Below, in pieces: positions 8,824 through 17,661 of a stretch of 39,742 nucleotides of DNA. A program made the position numbers and the translations under genes. The notes beneath the pieces are model-generated. The model was not told where the DNA came from and did not search any database. It saw nothing but the letters and a program-made list of their open reading frames with translations. Location: contig JAISEB010000171.1 in NCBI GenBank assembly GCA_031264395.1, positions 1-39,742 on the forward strand, in the 5' to 3' direction. How positions within the stretch are numbered: the stretch's first letter is position 1; every line of letters begins with the position of its first letter. Source of the stretch: Treponema sp. Lineage in GTDB: Bacteria > Spirochaetota > Spirochaetia > Treponematales > Breznakiellaceae.

Positions 8824-10000
8824 CGCTGATCTCCTTCTCTATAAGACCCATGCCCACTTTCGCGGTAGTTTCCGCGACAAGCCAGTCCACGCCTCCCGCC
8901 TGGAAACGGGCGCCTTCTCCGGGAAGATCGGCCAGCCCCATCGCGTGGCCGTACGCGGGTGAAACCATCATCGCCGCCGGGATATTCGCCTGCGCCAGTA
9001 TGACGGCCCAGAGCATGGCCCTGCTGTCGCAGTCTCCCCGGCCTTCGGTCACGGCGCTGACAAGATTGACAAAATCGCTTCCCATAAGATCCCGTTCATA
9101 GGCAAACGACTGAATCCATTGCAAAACTTTTTCGGCAAATGCCTCAGGCGGCAGGGAAGGGCGCGCGCCGTCCTCCGGCGGGGGAACGTTCCAGCGCCGC
9201 TCCAGCTTGAAGGCTGCGTCGGCAAGCCGTTCCCATGAATCACGGTAGACGGCCCTGTAAAAGCGGACGCGGGCGGCCTCCAGAAGGGGGGAAGCGGAGT
9301 AACGGCGGAGCACGGCAAATTCCCTGTCGACAAGGGCCTGCGCGCCTTCCGCGTCGTGCTCGGCGACAAGAACAGCCTCTCCGCCGCCCGGCGCGGGGGG
9401 AACTTCCCGCACTTCTCCCCTTGGATAACTGAACGCGGTAACGGGCCCGCTTGCCCGCCGTTCGGCCTCGGACGGCGCTATGGAATCCAGAACGGAAAAA
9501 TGAAGGATATCCGGAATGTTTTCACCGCCGTAGGCCAGGGCAAGGAGCAGGGGCGTCTTTCCCCCGGCGTTCCCGGAAGGCGGCCCCAGTTCCACGCAGA
9601 AGCCCCATCCTCCAAAGGCGTTTTCCCCAATGGTAAAATCCAGTTCCATGAGACAGGCTTTTCTGCCCCGGTAATCGAAACTGCTTGTGTCCCCCCTGTT
9701 GCCGATGCGGCGTCCCGAGTCCGCCGCCATATCCTCTACAGAGGCGTAGATCCCGCTGTACACGACAAGATCCAGCGCGGCGCCCTGGGGAGAGGCAAAG
9801 GAAAACCGTTCGCGGCCGTCCCCGCCTGAGTATTCGTATTCTTCGGGCAGATCGATGCGGAAACCCCACGCGGGGGAATAAAACGGCGCGGAAAACGCCG
9901 GGCCGGCGCACAGCACAAGGAGGAGCGGAATCAGGCGGGGGAAGAAAGACAGCGGGCTCCCGGCCGCCGTTCCCGCGCGCGCCGGGAATGTTATTCTCAT
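8789..10000 (-). CDS. Secreted or lipoprotein with a C-terminal transglutaminase-like (Cys-His-Asp fold) domain
   Basis: N-terminal signal sequence RLIPLLLVLCAGPAFSA. The C-terminal segment GRGDCDSRAMLWAVILAQANIPAAMMVSPAYGHAMGL..VDWLVAETT fits the transglutaminase-core pattern (G.C..xA....L..xGIPA..V...GHA). The coding call is solid; the family call is tentative. Confidence 0.5.
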   Translation of the reverse strand: MRITFPARAGTAAGSPLSFFPRLIPLLLVLCAGPAFSAPFYSPAWGFRIDLPEEYEYSGGDGRERFSFASPQGAALDLVVYSGIYASVEDMAADSGRRIGNRGDTSSFDYRGRKACLMELDFTIGENAFGGWGFCVELGPPSGNAGGKTPLLLALAYGGENIPDILHFSVLDSIAPSEAERRASGPVTAFSYPRGEVREVPPAPGGGEAVLVAEHDAEGAQALVDREFAVLRRYSASPLLEAARVRFYRAVYRDSWERLADAAFKLERRWNVPPPEDGARPSLPPEAFAEKVLQWIQSFAYERDLMGSDFVNLVSAVTEGRGDCDSRAMLWAVILAQANIPAAMMVSPAYGHAMGLADLPGEGARFQAGGVDWLVAETTAKVGMGLIEKEISVTDYWSAVIFE

Positions 10001-10003
10001 GAT

Positions 10004-10753
10004 ATGTATACTATACTATCCTTTCGGGTTCATTTACAGACATTCCGGGGGCGCTGTTTGAAACGGGTTACCGTTGTTTTTGAAAATGAATGGCTTCTCA
10101 TCCTTGACAAACCAGCGGGGCTTGCCGTGCAGGGCGGAGAAGGGGTAAAGGTTTCCCTTGACGAACTTCTCGCGGCCGAATATTCGCCGCGGCCCCTCCT
10201 TGTCCACCGGCTTGACCGGGACACTTCCGGGCTTGTTCTTGTCGCCAGGAACAGGGAAGCCGCCGGGATTCTTGCCCCCCTTTTTTCCGGGAAAAACGGG
10301 GAAAGGATACGGAAGCGGTACATCGCCGTCTGCGCCGGCGTTTTTGCCCGTAAAGAGGGGGACATACGGGAAAAGCTTTTTGTCCGGGGAAGCGAAAGGG
10401 ACGCCCTGACTTCATACGCCGTTCTGGAGGATAACGGGGAATTTTCCCTTGCCGCCCTGGAACTCGGGACGGGCAGGATGCATCAAATACGGCGCCACCT
10501 TGCCCGGCTGGGGAACCCCGTTCTGGGAGACGGCAAATACGGGGATTTTTCCCTTAACAAACGCCTGGGAAAAACCATGGGCCTGCGCCGCCTTCTTCTT
10601 CACGCCGCCGCCCTTGGCCTCCCGCCTCTTCCCCGGCTCGGCATTTCCCGGCCCCTCGGAGCACAGGCCCCGCTTCCCGCTTATTTCGCGGAATTTTGCG
10701 AAACGGAGTTCCCCGGTTTTTCGGAACTTTTGCCCGGGGTTCCCGGCCGTTGA
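10004..10753 (+). CDS. RluA-family pseudouridine synthase
   Basis: HRLDRDTSGLVLVARN (catalytic Asp motif), KRYIAVC and GRMHQIRRHLA are present. The start is uncertain: ATG 10004 has no SD, whereas in-frame TTG 10058 is preceded by GGGGG. Confidence 0.85.
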   Translation: MYTILSFRVHLQTFRGRCLKRVTVVFENEWLLILDKPAGLAVQGGEGVKVSLDELLAAEYSPRPLLVHRLDRDTSGLVLVARNREAAGILAPLFSGKNGERIRKRYIAVCAGVFARKEGDIREKLFVRGSERDALTSYAVLEDNGEFSLAALELGTGRMHQIRRHLARLGNPVLGDGKYGDFSLNKRLGKTMGLRRLLLHAAALGLPPLPRLGISRPLGAQAPLPAYFAEFCETEFPGFSELLPGVPGR

Positions 10754-10787
10754 CAAGGGACCCCCTTTTTCCCATGATTATCCGGGT

Positions 10788-11447
10788 ATGGATGATATCC
10801 GGCTGACAAGGCCCTGTCTGGAACGGCTGAGTACCGATGAACTGGTCAAGCTGGCGGATTATTACGCGATAGACATTCCCCCGGATCTGGAACGGATCTT
10901 TATCATAGAGGAACTGCTTGAGGCGGATTTTACCGGGGATGAGCCTGGGGACGGCGAACGGTTCGGGGGAGAGGCGGATATACGCGAGCCTGTGCCCCTT
11001 CCAAAGCAGTACAACATCACCTATCTGGAGCATCTTGTCCGGGACCCGCTGTGGGTGTTCGTCTTTTGGGAGATAAAAGGCGCCGACAGGGAATTGTATG
11101 AAAAATCGCCTGATTTTGAGGGATATGTTCTCAAGGTACGGAACCTTGAAGGGGGAGGTCATATTTTTACCGTCGCCGTGGGGTTGAACGATGCCGCCTG
11201 GTACTTGGGTTTTCCCCCGGACAGCGGCCGGTGCCGCGTGGAACTCTGCGCGCTGCGGGGCGAAGAGGAAACCACGCTGGCCTTCTCCCGTCCCTTTACC
11301 CTTCCCAGGCTGCTGGAGCCCCTTTCTACCGGAGCGCCCGAAACCCTCGCGCGGCTTTCGGGCGCGGGGGATTTTCCCGTGATCCGCAACGCCGACCGCC
11401 TGTCTCCAAGGGACAGGCGCGCTTTTCAAAATTCCCGGAACGATTAG
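10788..11447 (+). CDS. DUF4912-like protein with a Rho_N/SAP-like N-terminal helix
   Basis: I chose ATG 10788 (MDDIRLTRPCLERLSTDELVKLADYYAIDIP), just after the rluA-family stop. WVFVFWEI.. and AWYLGFP.. resemble DUF4912 as I recall it. It lies immediately upstream of the GH57 gene, which is that family's usual neighbour. The ORF-track 5' extension to 10449 overlaps the rluA-family gene. Confidence 0.6.
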   Translation: MDDIRLTRPCLERLSTDELVKLADYYAIDIPPDLERIFIIEELLEADFTGDEPGDGERFGGEADIREPVPLPKQYNITYLEHLVRDPLWVFVFWEIKGADRELYEKSPDFEGYVLKVRNLEGGGHIFTVAVGLNDAAWYLGFPPDSGRCRVELCALRGEEETTLAFSRPFTLPRLLEPLSTGAPETLARLSGAGDFPVIRNADRLSPRDRRAFQNSRND

Positions 11448-11457
11448 CCGGATACTT

Positions 11458-13029
11458 ATGGAAAGACGGAACGTTATTTCGATAGTTCTCAACGCCCATC
11501 TGCCCTTTATACAGCATGACGAAGGAGCGCTCTGGTCACGGGAAGAACAGGTTTTTTTTGACGCGCTGTCCGAAACCTGGCTTCCCCTGCTTGACCTTCT
11601 CGCCCGCCTGGACAGGGACAATGTCCCCTTCAGGCTGGGAATATCCCTTTCCCCGGTGCTCTGCCATCTCTTTTCCGATGAGGGGCTCATAAAGAAGTAC
11701 CTTGACTACACGGACAGGCAGATAGAATTCGGCTGGCAGGAAGAGGACAGGACAAAGGGGGAAGGGGATCTTCATTCGCTGGTGAAATTCTACGTTGATC
11801 TGGCGGGGGAAAGGCGGCTTGCCCTCATGAAGAGGGGAGGGGACATTCTAAAGCAGCTGGATCACTACCAGAAGAAGGGCAAGGTGGAGATCCTCGCCAC
11901 CGCCGCCACCGGCGCGTTTCTGCCCTTCCTGTGTTCCTCCCCGGAGGCCGTCCAGGCCCAGCTTGAGGCGGGGCTTGCCTCCTACCGCCGCAATTTCGGC
12001 AAATATCCCCTTGGTTTCTGGCTCCCCGAATGCGGCTGGACGGCCGCGCTTGACGAACATTTAAGGGCCAACAATCTGGGCTACACCATCGTGGAATCCC
12101 ACGCCCTTGTCTTCGGGAATCCCCCCGCGGAAAAGGGGACTTTTTATCCGGTAAAGACCCCCTCGGGTATTTTTGTTCTCGGCAGGGATTTCGGGGCGGC
12201 CGGGAAATTCCGCGCTTCAAGTCTCCTGTACCGGGACAACAGCAGGGACGCGGGCTACGACCTCCCCGCCGGCATGCTGGGCCCCTTTCTCTCCGCGAAC
12301 GGGGAACGTTCGGGAACCGGGTACAGGTATTACGGCGGCTCCGCCGGGAAGGATCAGAGGCAGCTTTACGATCCCGGCGCGGCGCGGAGGCAGGCGGCCG
12401 GTGACGCCCGCCGTTTTCTTGACGAAAGCGCCGCCCGGCTGGGCGCGGCCGCCGCGATGATGAAGGAAAGGCCGGTGAGCCTGTGCGTCTTTAACGCCGA
12501 CGACTTCGGCCGTTTCTGGTACGAGGGGCCGGTTTTCATTGAGGCCCTGTTCAGGGAAGGGGCGCGGCGGGACGATCTGCAGTTCATGAATCCGGCGGAA
12601 TTCCTCTACAGGGAGGAATCTTCCTTCCAGACCGTGACTCCCGGATTTTCGTCGGGGGGGATCAACGGTTACGCTCAAACATGGCTTGACGCGTCAAACG
12701 ACTGGATATACCGGCATCTGTTCAGGGCAGCCGGAAGAATGACGGAAATGGCGGAACGTTTTTCCGACGATTCGGGGTTAAGGGAACGGGCCCTTAACCA
12801 GGCCGCGAGGGAACTCCTGCTCGCGCAGGCCGCCGACTGGCCCAAAATGATGTACGAAGGCGATTCCGCGTTTGCCAGGGGCAGAATCGAGGAACATTTA
12901 AGAAATTTCACCACTATTTACGAAACGCTGGGAAGCAATTACATAAGCACCGAATGGCTCACCGGTCTTGAAAAACGGCACAACATCTTCCCCACCATCA
13001 ATTACCGCATCTTCAGGAAAAAACGCTAG
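11458..13029 (+). CDS. GH57 family 1,4-alpha-glucan branching enzyme (GH57 + DUF1957 type)
   Basis: The N-terminus ISIVLNAHLPFIQH..WLPLLDLL..PFRLGISLSPVLCHLF and the later WLPECGW are typical of GH57 glycogen-branching enzymes of about 520 aa. Confidence 0.8.
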   Translation: MERRNVISIVLNAHLPFIQHDEGALWSREEQVFFDALSETWLPLLDLLARLDRDNVPFRLGISLSPVLCHLFSDEGLIKKYLDYTDRQIEFGWQEEDRTKGEGDLHSLVKFYVDLAGERRLALMKRGGDILKQLDHYQKKGKVEILATAATGAFLPFLCSSPEAVQAQLEAGLASYRRNFGKYPLGFWLPECGWTAALDEHLRANNLGYTIVESHALVFGNPPAEKGTFYPVKTPSGIFVLGRDFGAAGKFRASSLLYRDNSRDAGYDLPAGMLGPFLSANGERSGTGYRYYGGSAGKDQRQLYDPGAARRQAAGDARRFLDESAARLGAAAAMMKERPVSLCVFNADDFGRFWYEGPVFIEALFREGARRDDLQFMNPAEFLYREESSFQTVTPGFSSGGINGYAQTWLDASNDWIYRHLFRAAGRMTEMAERFSDDSGLRERALNQAARELLLAQAADWPKMMYEGDSAFARGRIEEHLRNFTTIYETLGSNYISTEWLTGLEKRHNIFPTINYRIFRKKR

Positions 13030-13032
13030 AAA

Positions 13033-13050
13033 CCGCCGCTTAAAAGGCGG
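13033..13050. terminator. Weak hairpin between convergent genes (CCGCC-N8-GGCGG)
   Basis: 5-bp GC stem, with TTT following on the minus-strand transcript. It is the only obvious structure in the 54-nt convergent spacer. Confidence 0.25.
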
Positions 13051-13083
13051 CCCCGGAAAAAACGGGACGGCTTTTGAGGGCGG

Positions 13084-14361
13084 CTAGAAATCAAGCCGCT
13101 GCATGGAGTCTATCTTCCGCTCGACTTCAAGCGCGCGGGTAAGGGTGGCAAGGCTTTCGCGGGCGGGCTCGAACTGGGGGTTGAGCCTCAGCGCCTCCTT
13201 CCAGAGGCTTTCCGCCTCGCCGTAGTTTCCCCCGGCGTAGGCGTCAAGGCCGGCGAGGTACAGTTCGTCGACCCTCGCGGCAAGGGAGCCCCGTCCCTGA
13301 TCCCCCAGGTCAAAACGGACCCCCACGCTGACCCGGTTAAGGGGCTGCAGCTGGGTCAGCAGATCCAGCGTGTAATTCACCTCTATGGCAACGGATTTAA
13401 GGGTTATGGCGCTGCCAAGGGCCACCCTCACGTTTCCGTGCTTCGCCAGAAAACCCGCCCGCATGGCAAGAAAATCCGTGACGCTCACGGAAACGCCGGT
13501 GGACCAGTAGGGTTTTTCCGACAACTGCGGATTTTGAAGGTTGAGCGGAACGGAAAAGTCAAAGGCGAAAAGCAGCGGCCGCATGGGCTGGTACGACAGG
13601 GCGGCGGTCATCACCGTGGGGAGGGGATCGCTTTTGGCCGGCGGCCCCAGGTTCCGTATCACAAAGGCCAGGGACGTATTCCTGTCCCGTGACTGGTACG
13701 GCTTCAAAAAATCGAAACGGGTCAATACCCCCAGATCCCCCATGACCATGACAGCCGACTGGGATTTCCCCGAACCGGCTATGACAGTATCCTCGTCGTC
13801 GGTGTAATCGGGCACAAAACGGAAGGCGCCCTTGAGGCTGGCCCCCACCGAAACGCCCGAAAAGTAATAGCTCGACAAAAAATTGTAGGAGGCGTTGAGA
13901 ATGGCCACCGCCTCCGAATAATAGCCTTTGGATACCCGTTCGCCGAACAGATTGTATTCGGTAAAAGGGGTAAAGAGCCATTTGCCACTGGCGGCAAAGC
14001 CGAAGTTTTTGTAGCGGGAAGCGAAGGCCGCCGCCTCTATCTTGGTGTCCGCTATCCAGTTGTTGTGAAAAAAGGCCAGTTCCGTTTTTTTGAGCATGGA
14101 AGAACCGGCCGGATTGAATTCGATAAAGGAAATATCGTCGGCCACAGCGCTGAAAGCCCCCGCCATGCCTTCGGAACGGCCCCCCATGGGTATGTTCAAA
14201 ACCGGAAAAGCCGTAAGGCCGGCGTTGTCGTCGGGGCCGTATATCTTGTCCAGATATTCGGAAATCGAGTAGTACCCGTTGGGATTAAAATTGGCGGCCC
14301 CGGCGGCGGCGGCAAGCGTGAAGATGATAAAACCGGAAAGGAGGAGCCGTTTTCTGTTCAT
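13084..14361 (-). CDS. Outer-membrane beta-barrel protein, treponemal UPF0164/FadL-like (PorV-like N-terminal motif), with a C-terminal TPR-like helical extension
   Basis: Signal peptide FIIFTLAAAAGAA. The motif GGRSEGMAGAFSAVADDISFIEFNPAGS is present. Alternating beta-strand pattern through about aa 350. The C-terminus YLAGLDAYAGGNYGEAESLWKEALRLNPQFEPARESL is one TPR-like unit. Confidence 0.6.
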   Translation of the reverse strand: MNRKRLLLSGFIIFTLAAAAGAANFNPNGYYSISEYLDKIYGPDDNAGLTAFPVLNIPMGGRSEGMAGAFSAVADDISFIEFNPAGSSMLKKTELAFFHNNWIADTKIEAAAFASRYKNFGFAASGKWLFTPFTEYNLFGERVSKGYYSEAVAILNASYNFLSSYYFSGVSVGASLKGAFRFVPDYTDDEDTVIAGSGKSQSAVMVMGDLGVLTRFDFLKPYQSRDRNTSLAFVIRNLGPPAKSDPLPTVMTAALSYQPMRPLLFAFDFSVPLNLQNPQLSEKPYWSTGVSVSVTDFLAMRAGFLAKHGNVRVALGSAITLKSVAIEVNYTLDLLTQLQPLNRVSVGVRFDLGDQGRGSLAARVDELYLAGLDAYAGGNYGEAESLWKEALRLNPQFEPARESLATLTRALEVERKIDSMQRLDF

Positions 14362-14553
14362 TTATCCTTACTGTAACCTATCTTCTAGTATATATCGGAA
14401 AAAATAATATTTCTATGATACTATAATAGACTATAGGGGATCTTTTGGAACCGGAGTTTTGAAAGACGGCTTTGGGATTAACGGGAGAATTTCCGGGCCC
14501 TGTCTACAGGGATTTCCCGGCGGTTCCGATATATAGAGCAGGTATACCTTGGG

Positions 14554-17500
14554 ATGAATGCGGAGAGCCCTCCGGCGCGCGCGCGCCTTACGGGGCGGAT
14601 TTTCGGGTTGTTGGCGGTTTGCTGGTCTCTGGCAGCGGCAGTTTCCCCGCTTTACGCGGGGGGAAGGAAGGACGGGGATCTGTCCCATGCCGACCGCCTC
14701 ATCGCGGACAAACAGTTCGACGAAGCCATAAAGGTCCTGTCCGAATACATCAGAAAAAACCCCGACGATTTTGAAACCGCGCAGAAAAGGCTCAAGCAGA
14801 TAGGGGCGTTCAGGGATGAGTACAACGCCGTCGCCGACGAACTTTTGACGACTGTCTCCTCGGACCCGGGAAACGCCTCAAAGATCCTCGCCCTTATCCA
14901 GCGGCTCCAGAGCATAGAATCTCCCAACAATCCCAACGTTCAGGCGTTCATTGCCCGCATCCAGGCCATAGCGCTGTTCACCTACAACCGGAACAGGCTG
15001 GAGCAGATCCTTTCGGCCGGGCGCGGGGAACTGGCAAAGGGGAATTTTGAGGGGGCCCTTACCCTCTACGCCGGGGGCATGGACATTTACCGCGATGATT
15101 TTTTCAGCGCCGGGTACGGCGAGGAAACGGAAAGCCGGGTGCGGGCGGGCATAGCGGATATAAACGCGGAAACGGGGAGGTTTCCCGCCATTGTCCGTTC
15201 CCTTGAACAGAACGCGGCGGAGGCGGAGAGGCTGGGGACCGGGAATACGGCCCTTGCCCGCCTTGAGGAAATTTACGGCCGCCTTATCCCCGGACTTGAC
15301 AGCCTGACCCGTTCCCGTGACGTGTTTCTTGATACCGGGAATTATTTTGATGAAGAACTTGCCCGGCTGCAGGCCGGCGATCCTGAAATCGGGGACCGTT
15401 CCTTCCTTTCGTTCGCCTCCCGCCTTATTCACGGCCCTTCCTATACCGGGATCGAATTTCCCGAAGGAATGCTCGGCGTGGTGGAAGGTTACTGGAACAG
15501 CGTAATGTCCCGGGCGGAAGGAGCGGCGCTGGGCATTGCCGAACGGAACTACGCGGCCGGCCGGACGAATCTTTCAAACGGGGACTACGCCGCCGCCGCC
15601 GCCGCCTACGCGGGCGCCCGGCCCTATCTCGGTTTTCTTCTTTCCCTTTCGGGGAAATGGAACGAGTTCATGCACGATTCGCCGTCCTTTGCCCCTTTCG
15701 GCGTTTCGGTGCCCAAAGAAAAATTCGGCGATTTTCTCGCGTACCGGGCCCTGGACGACGCCGTTTCGTATTTTTCAGACGGGACGGAACTGGGCCGGCG
15801 TTTTGCCGAAGTACCGGGCGGTGATTCCGGCACGATTTCCCTGTGGCAGAGCGGTTCCCTCGATTCCGCCGAGGCGGAGCGGCGCGAAGGGCAGTACCGG
15901 GCGGCCTTTACCGTTCTTTACAACGAAACCGGAACGCTGATCGCCGAAGTAAGCGGGCGCGAGGGCGAATTCCGCACGGAGATGGCGGCGGGGCCGGAGA
16001 CGGCGGCAGAGACGGCTGCAGAAACAGCGGCGGGGCCGGCGGAAGATCCGGGCGGAAGGAACCCGCTTTTCCCCCTGGAAGAAGCGCGGAACTTTGCCGC
16101 GGCCCTTCAGGCCCGCATTGGGCGGGAAGAATACGGCGCCGCGGTACGGCAGTACACCATAGCCAACGATGAACTCGGGAAGCGGGTAAACGGGCGCCGC
16201 GGCGAAATGGAAGAGGGAAGGCGCCTTATCGAGGGAACGGCCGAAGGGGACCGCACCCTCTTTTACCCGGCCGAAGGGTTTGCCGTATTCGAGCGTATGA
16301 ACGCGGCCATTGGGGGGGACATAGAGGCGGGAAGCGCCCTCCTTGAAAGGTACAGCGCGGAGCGCGGCGATATAACAGGCCAAAGCGAAGTGGCCGCGCT
16401 TTACGCCTCCGCGCGGGCAATGACGGTGTCCCTTCTTTCGCTTAGAAGCCAGGGGGCAGGATTCTTGTCCGCGGCGAAGGCCCAGTCCGACAGGGCCCAG
16501 ACCTACAGGCAGGAAGGGGACCGGCTCTTCAGGGAAGCCCAGGCCGCTTTGGCCGGAAACAACTTCGACACGGCCCGGGAAAGGCTCAACCAGTCCACCG
16601 GGCGGTACAACATGGCCCTGGAACTGCAGGAGTCCGATTCCATCAGGGCCGAATGGGACAGGCTTGTCGCCCTGGGAAACGAGATCAACCGTCAGGAAAA
16701 CGAATTTGTCATACGGGATGTCAGGAACTATGTAACCAGCGCCCGGACGAACTATTACGCGGGTAATTTTGAACAGGCGGAAGAACTTCTGGTACGGGCC
16801 CAGAACCGCTGGCGGCGCACCAATGTCGGCGACGACGGGGAAGTGCTCTACTGGCTCAGCCTGGTCCGCAACGCCATGTCGCTGCGTTCAGGCCGCGTCA
16901 TTCCTCCCACCGCCCCCCTGTACGCGGAGATGAGCCAGCTTTTAAGCGAGGCCAGAAAGAACTACGAAGAAGGCGTGCGTTACTTCAACGCGGGAAGAAG
17001 AATCGACGGAACGGTCAAATTTACCGAGGCCAGGCAGAAGACGCAGGAAGTGAAGATCATGTTCCCGCTGAACGAGGACGCGGGGCTTCTCGAACTGCGC
17101 ATGGATCAGGTGGTGGACCCCCGCGCCTTTGAGCAGTCCTTTGAACAGCGCATGCGGGACGCGATAGCCGGGACCAGGCGGAAATCAATGGAGGCTTTTG
17201 CCGATCTGCAGAACCTCGCGAAGATCAACCCCCGGTATCCGGGCATAGCCGCCATTGTCACCCAGGCGGAAATAGACATGGGCTTCAGGCCCCCGCCGCC
17301 CAATCCCGCCGATCTTGCCAGGTCCGCCGAACTTACCGCCGACGCGCGGAGGGTTATAGAGGGGAACCTTTCCGGCCAGTACGAGGCGTCTCTTGTCTGG
17401 CTTGATCAGGCGCTGCGTCTTAACCCCAATAACGCGGAAGCAACCCGGCAAAAGGACATACTCCTTACCCGTATAAGCGGGCGCGGGGTTGTCGTGTTCG

Positions 17501-17661
17501 ACAGGGAAACCGAGGATGAATACCAGCGAGCCGTCAGGGAATATCAGCAGGGCAACTACCTTGGGGCCTTCTCCAGAATAGAGCGGCTGCTTCAGAATCC
17601 CAGAAACCAGAATTCCACCCTGATTCTGGAACTTCACCGGAGGCTCCAATCCCTCTTATGA
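14554..17661 (+). CDS. Large secreted all-helical TPR-like repeat protein (1035 aa)
   Basis: Signal sequence IFGLLAVCWSLAAAVSPLYA. There are multiple TPR-like units (DKQFDEAIKVLSEYIRKNPDD; YYAGNFEQAEELLVRAQ; LVWLDQALRLNPNNAEA; YQQGNYLGAFSRIERLL). No catalytic motif is recognised. Its stop overlaps the next start (ATGA). Confidence 0.7.
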   Translation: MNAESPPARARLTGRIFGLLAVCWSLAAAVSPLYAGGRKDGDLSHADRLIADKQFDEAIKVLSEYIRKNPDDFETAQKRLKQIGAFRDEYNAVADELLTTVSSDPGNASKILALIQRLQSIESPNNPNVQAFIARIQAIALFTYNRNRLEQILSAGRGELAKGNFEGALTLYAGGMDIYRDDFFSAGYGEETESRVRAGIADINAETGRFPAIVRSLEQNAAEAERLGTGNTALARLEEIYGRLIPGLDSLTRSRDVFLDTGNYFDEELARLQAGDPEIGDRSFLSFASRLIHGPSYTGIEFPEGMLGVVEGYWNSVMSRAEGAALGIAERNYAAGRTNLSNGDYAAAAAAYAGARPYLGFLLSLSGKWNEFMHDSPSFAPFGVSVPKEKFGDFLAYRALDDAVSYFSDGTELGRRFAEVPGGDSGTISLWQSGSLDSAEAERREGQYRAAFTVLYNETGTLIAEVSGREGEFRTEMAAGPETAAETAAETAAGPAEDPGGRNPLFPLEEARNFAAALQARIGREEYGAAVRQYTIANDELGKRVNGRRGEMEEGRRLIEGTAEGDRTLFYPAEGFAVFERMNAAIGGDIEAGSALLERYSAERGDITGQSEVAALYASARAMTVSLLSLRSQGAGFLSAAKAQSDRAQTYRQEGDRLFREAQAALAGNNFDTARERLNQSTGRYNMALELQESDSIRAEWDRLVALGNEINRQENEFVIRDVRNYVTSARTNYYAGNFEQAEELLVRAQNRWRRTNVGDDGEVLYWLSLVRNAMSLRSGRVIPPTAPLYAEMSQLLSEARKNYEEGVRYFNAGRRIDGTVKFTEARQKTQEVKIMFPLNEDAGLLELRMDQVVDPRAFEQSFEQRMRDAIAGTRRKSMEAFADLQNLAKINPRYPGIAAIVTQAEIDMGFRPPPPNPADLARSAELTADARRVIEGNLSGQYEASLVWLDQALRLNPNNAEATRQKDILLTRISGRGVVVFDRETEDEYQRAVREYQQGNYLGAFSRIERLLQNPRNQNSTLILELHRRLQSLL
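15997..16032 (+). repeat. 3 x 12-nt imperfect in-frame tandem repeat (ETAA x3) inside the TPR protein gene
   Basis: gagacggcggca / gagacggctgca / gaaacagcggcg, read directly from the sequence. Confidence 0.8.

Noticed and set aside
10449-10787. 5' extension of the DUF4912 ORF in the track. Analogous extensions are 24158-24295 (MBL), 32366-32650 (mreB), 34503-34595 (mreD), 36843-36968 (rodA) and 4189-4260 (GH42).
   Set aside because: Each extension overlaps the preceding gene in another frame and encodes Pro/Arg/Gly-rich junk. Each has an internal start with an SD and an N-terminus typical of its family.
10554-11690. 378-aa minus-strand ORF spanning the rluA-family, DUF4912 and GH57 genes
   Set aside because: It crosses three well-supported plus-strand genes and their spacers, and its product is Arg/Gly/Pro-rich. 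It is a shadow ORF.
14445-14465. Sigma-54-like TGGAAC-N5-TTTTG upstream of the TPR gene
   Set aside because: The -12 element lacks the GC of TTGC and the -24 element is TGGAAC rather than TGGCAC. No enhancer-binding protein gene is nearby.
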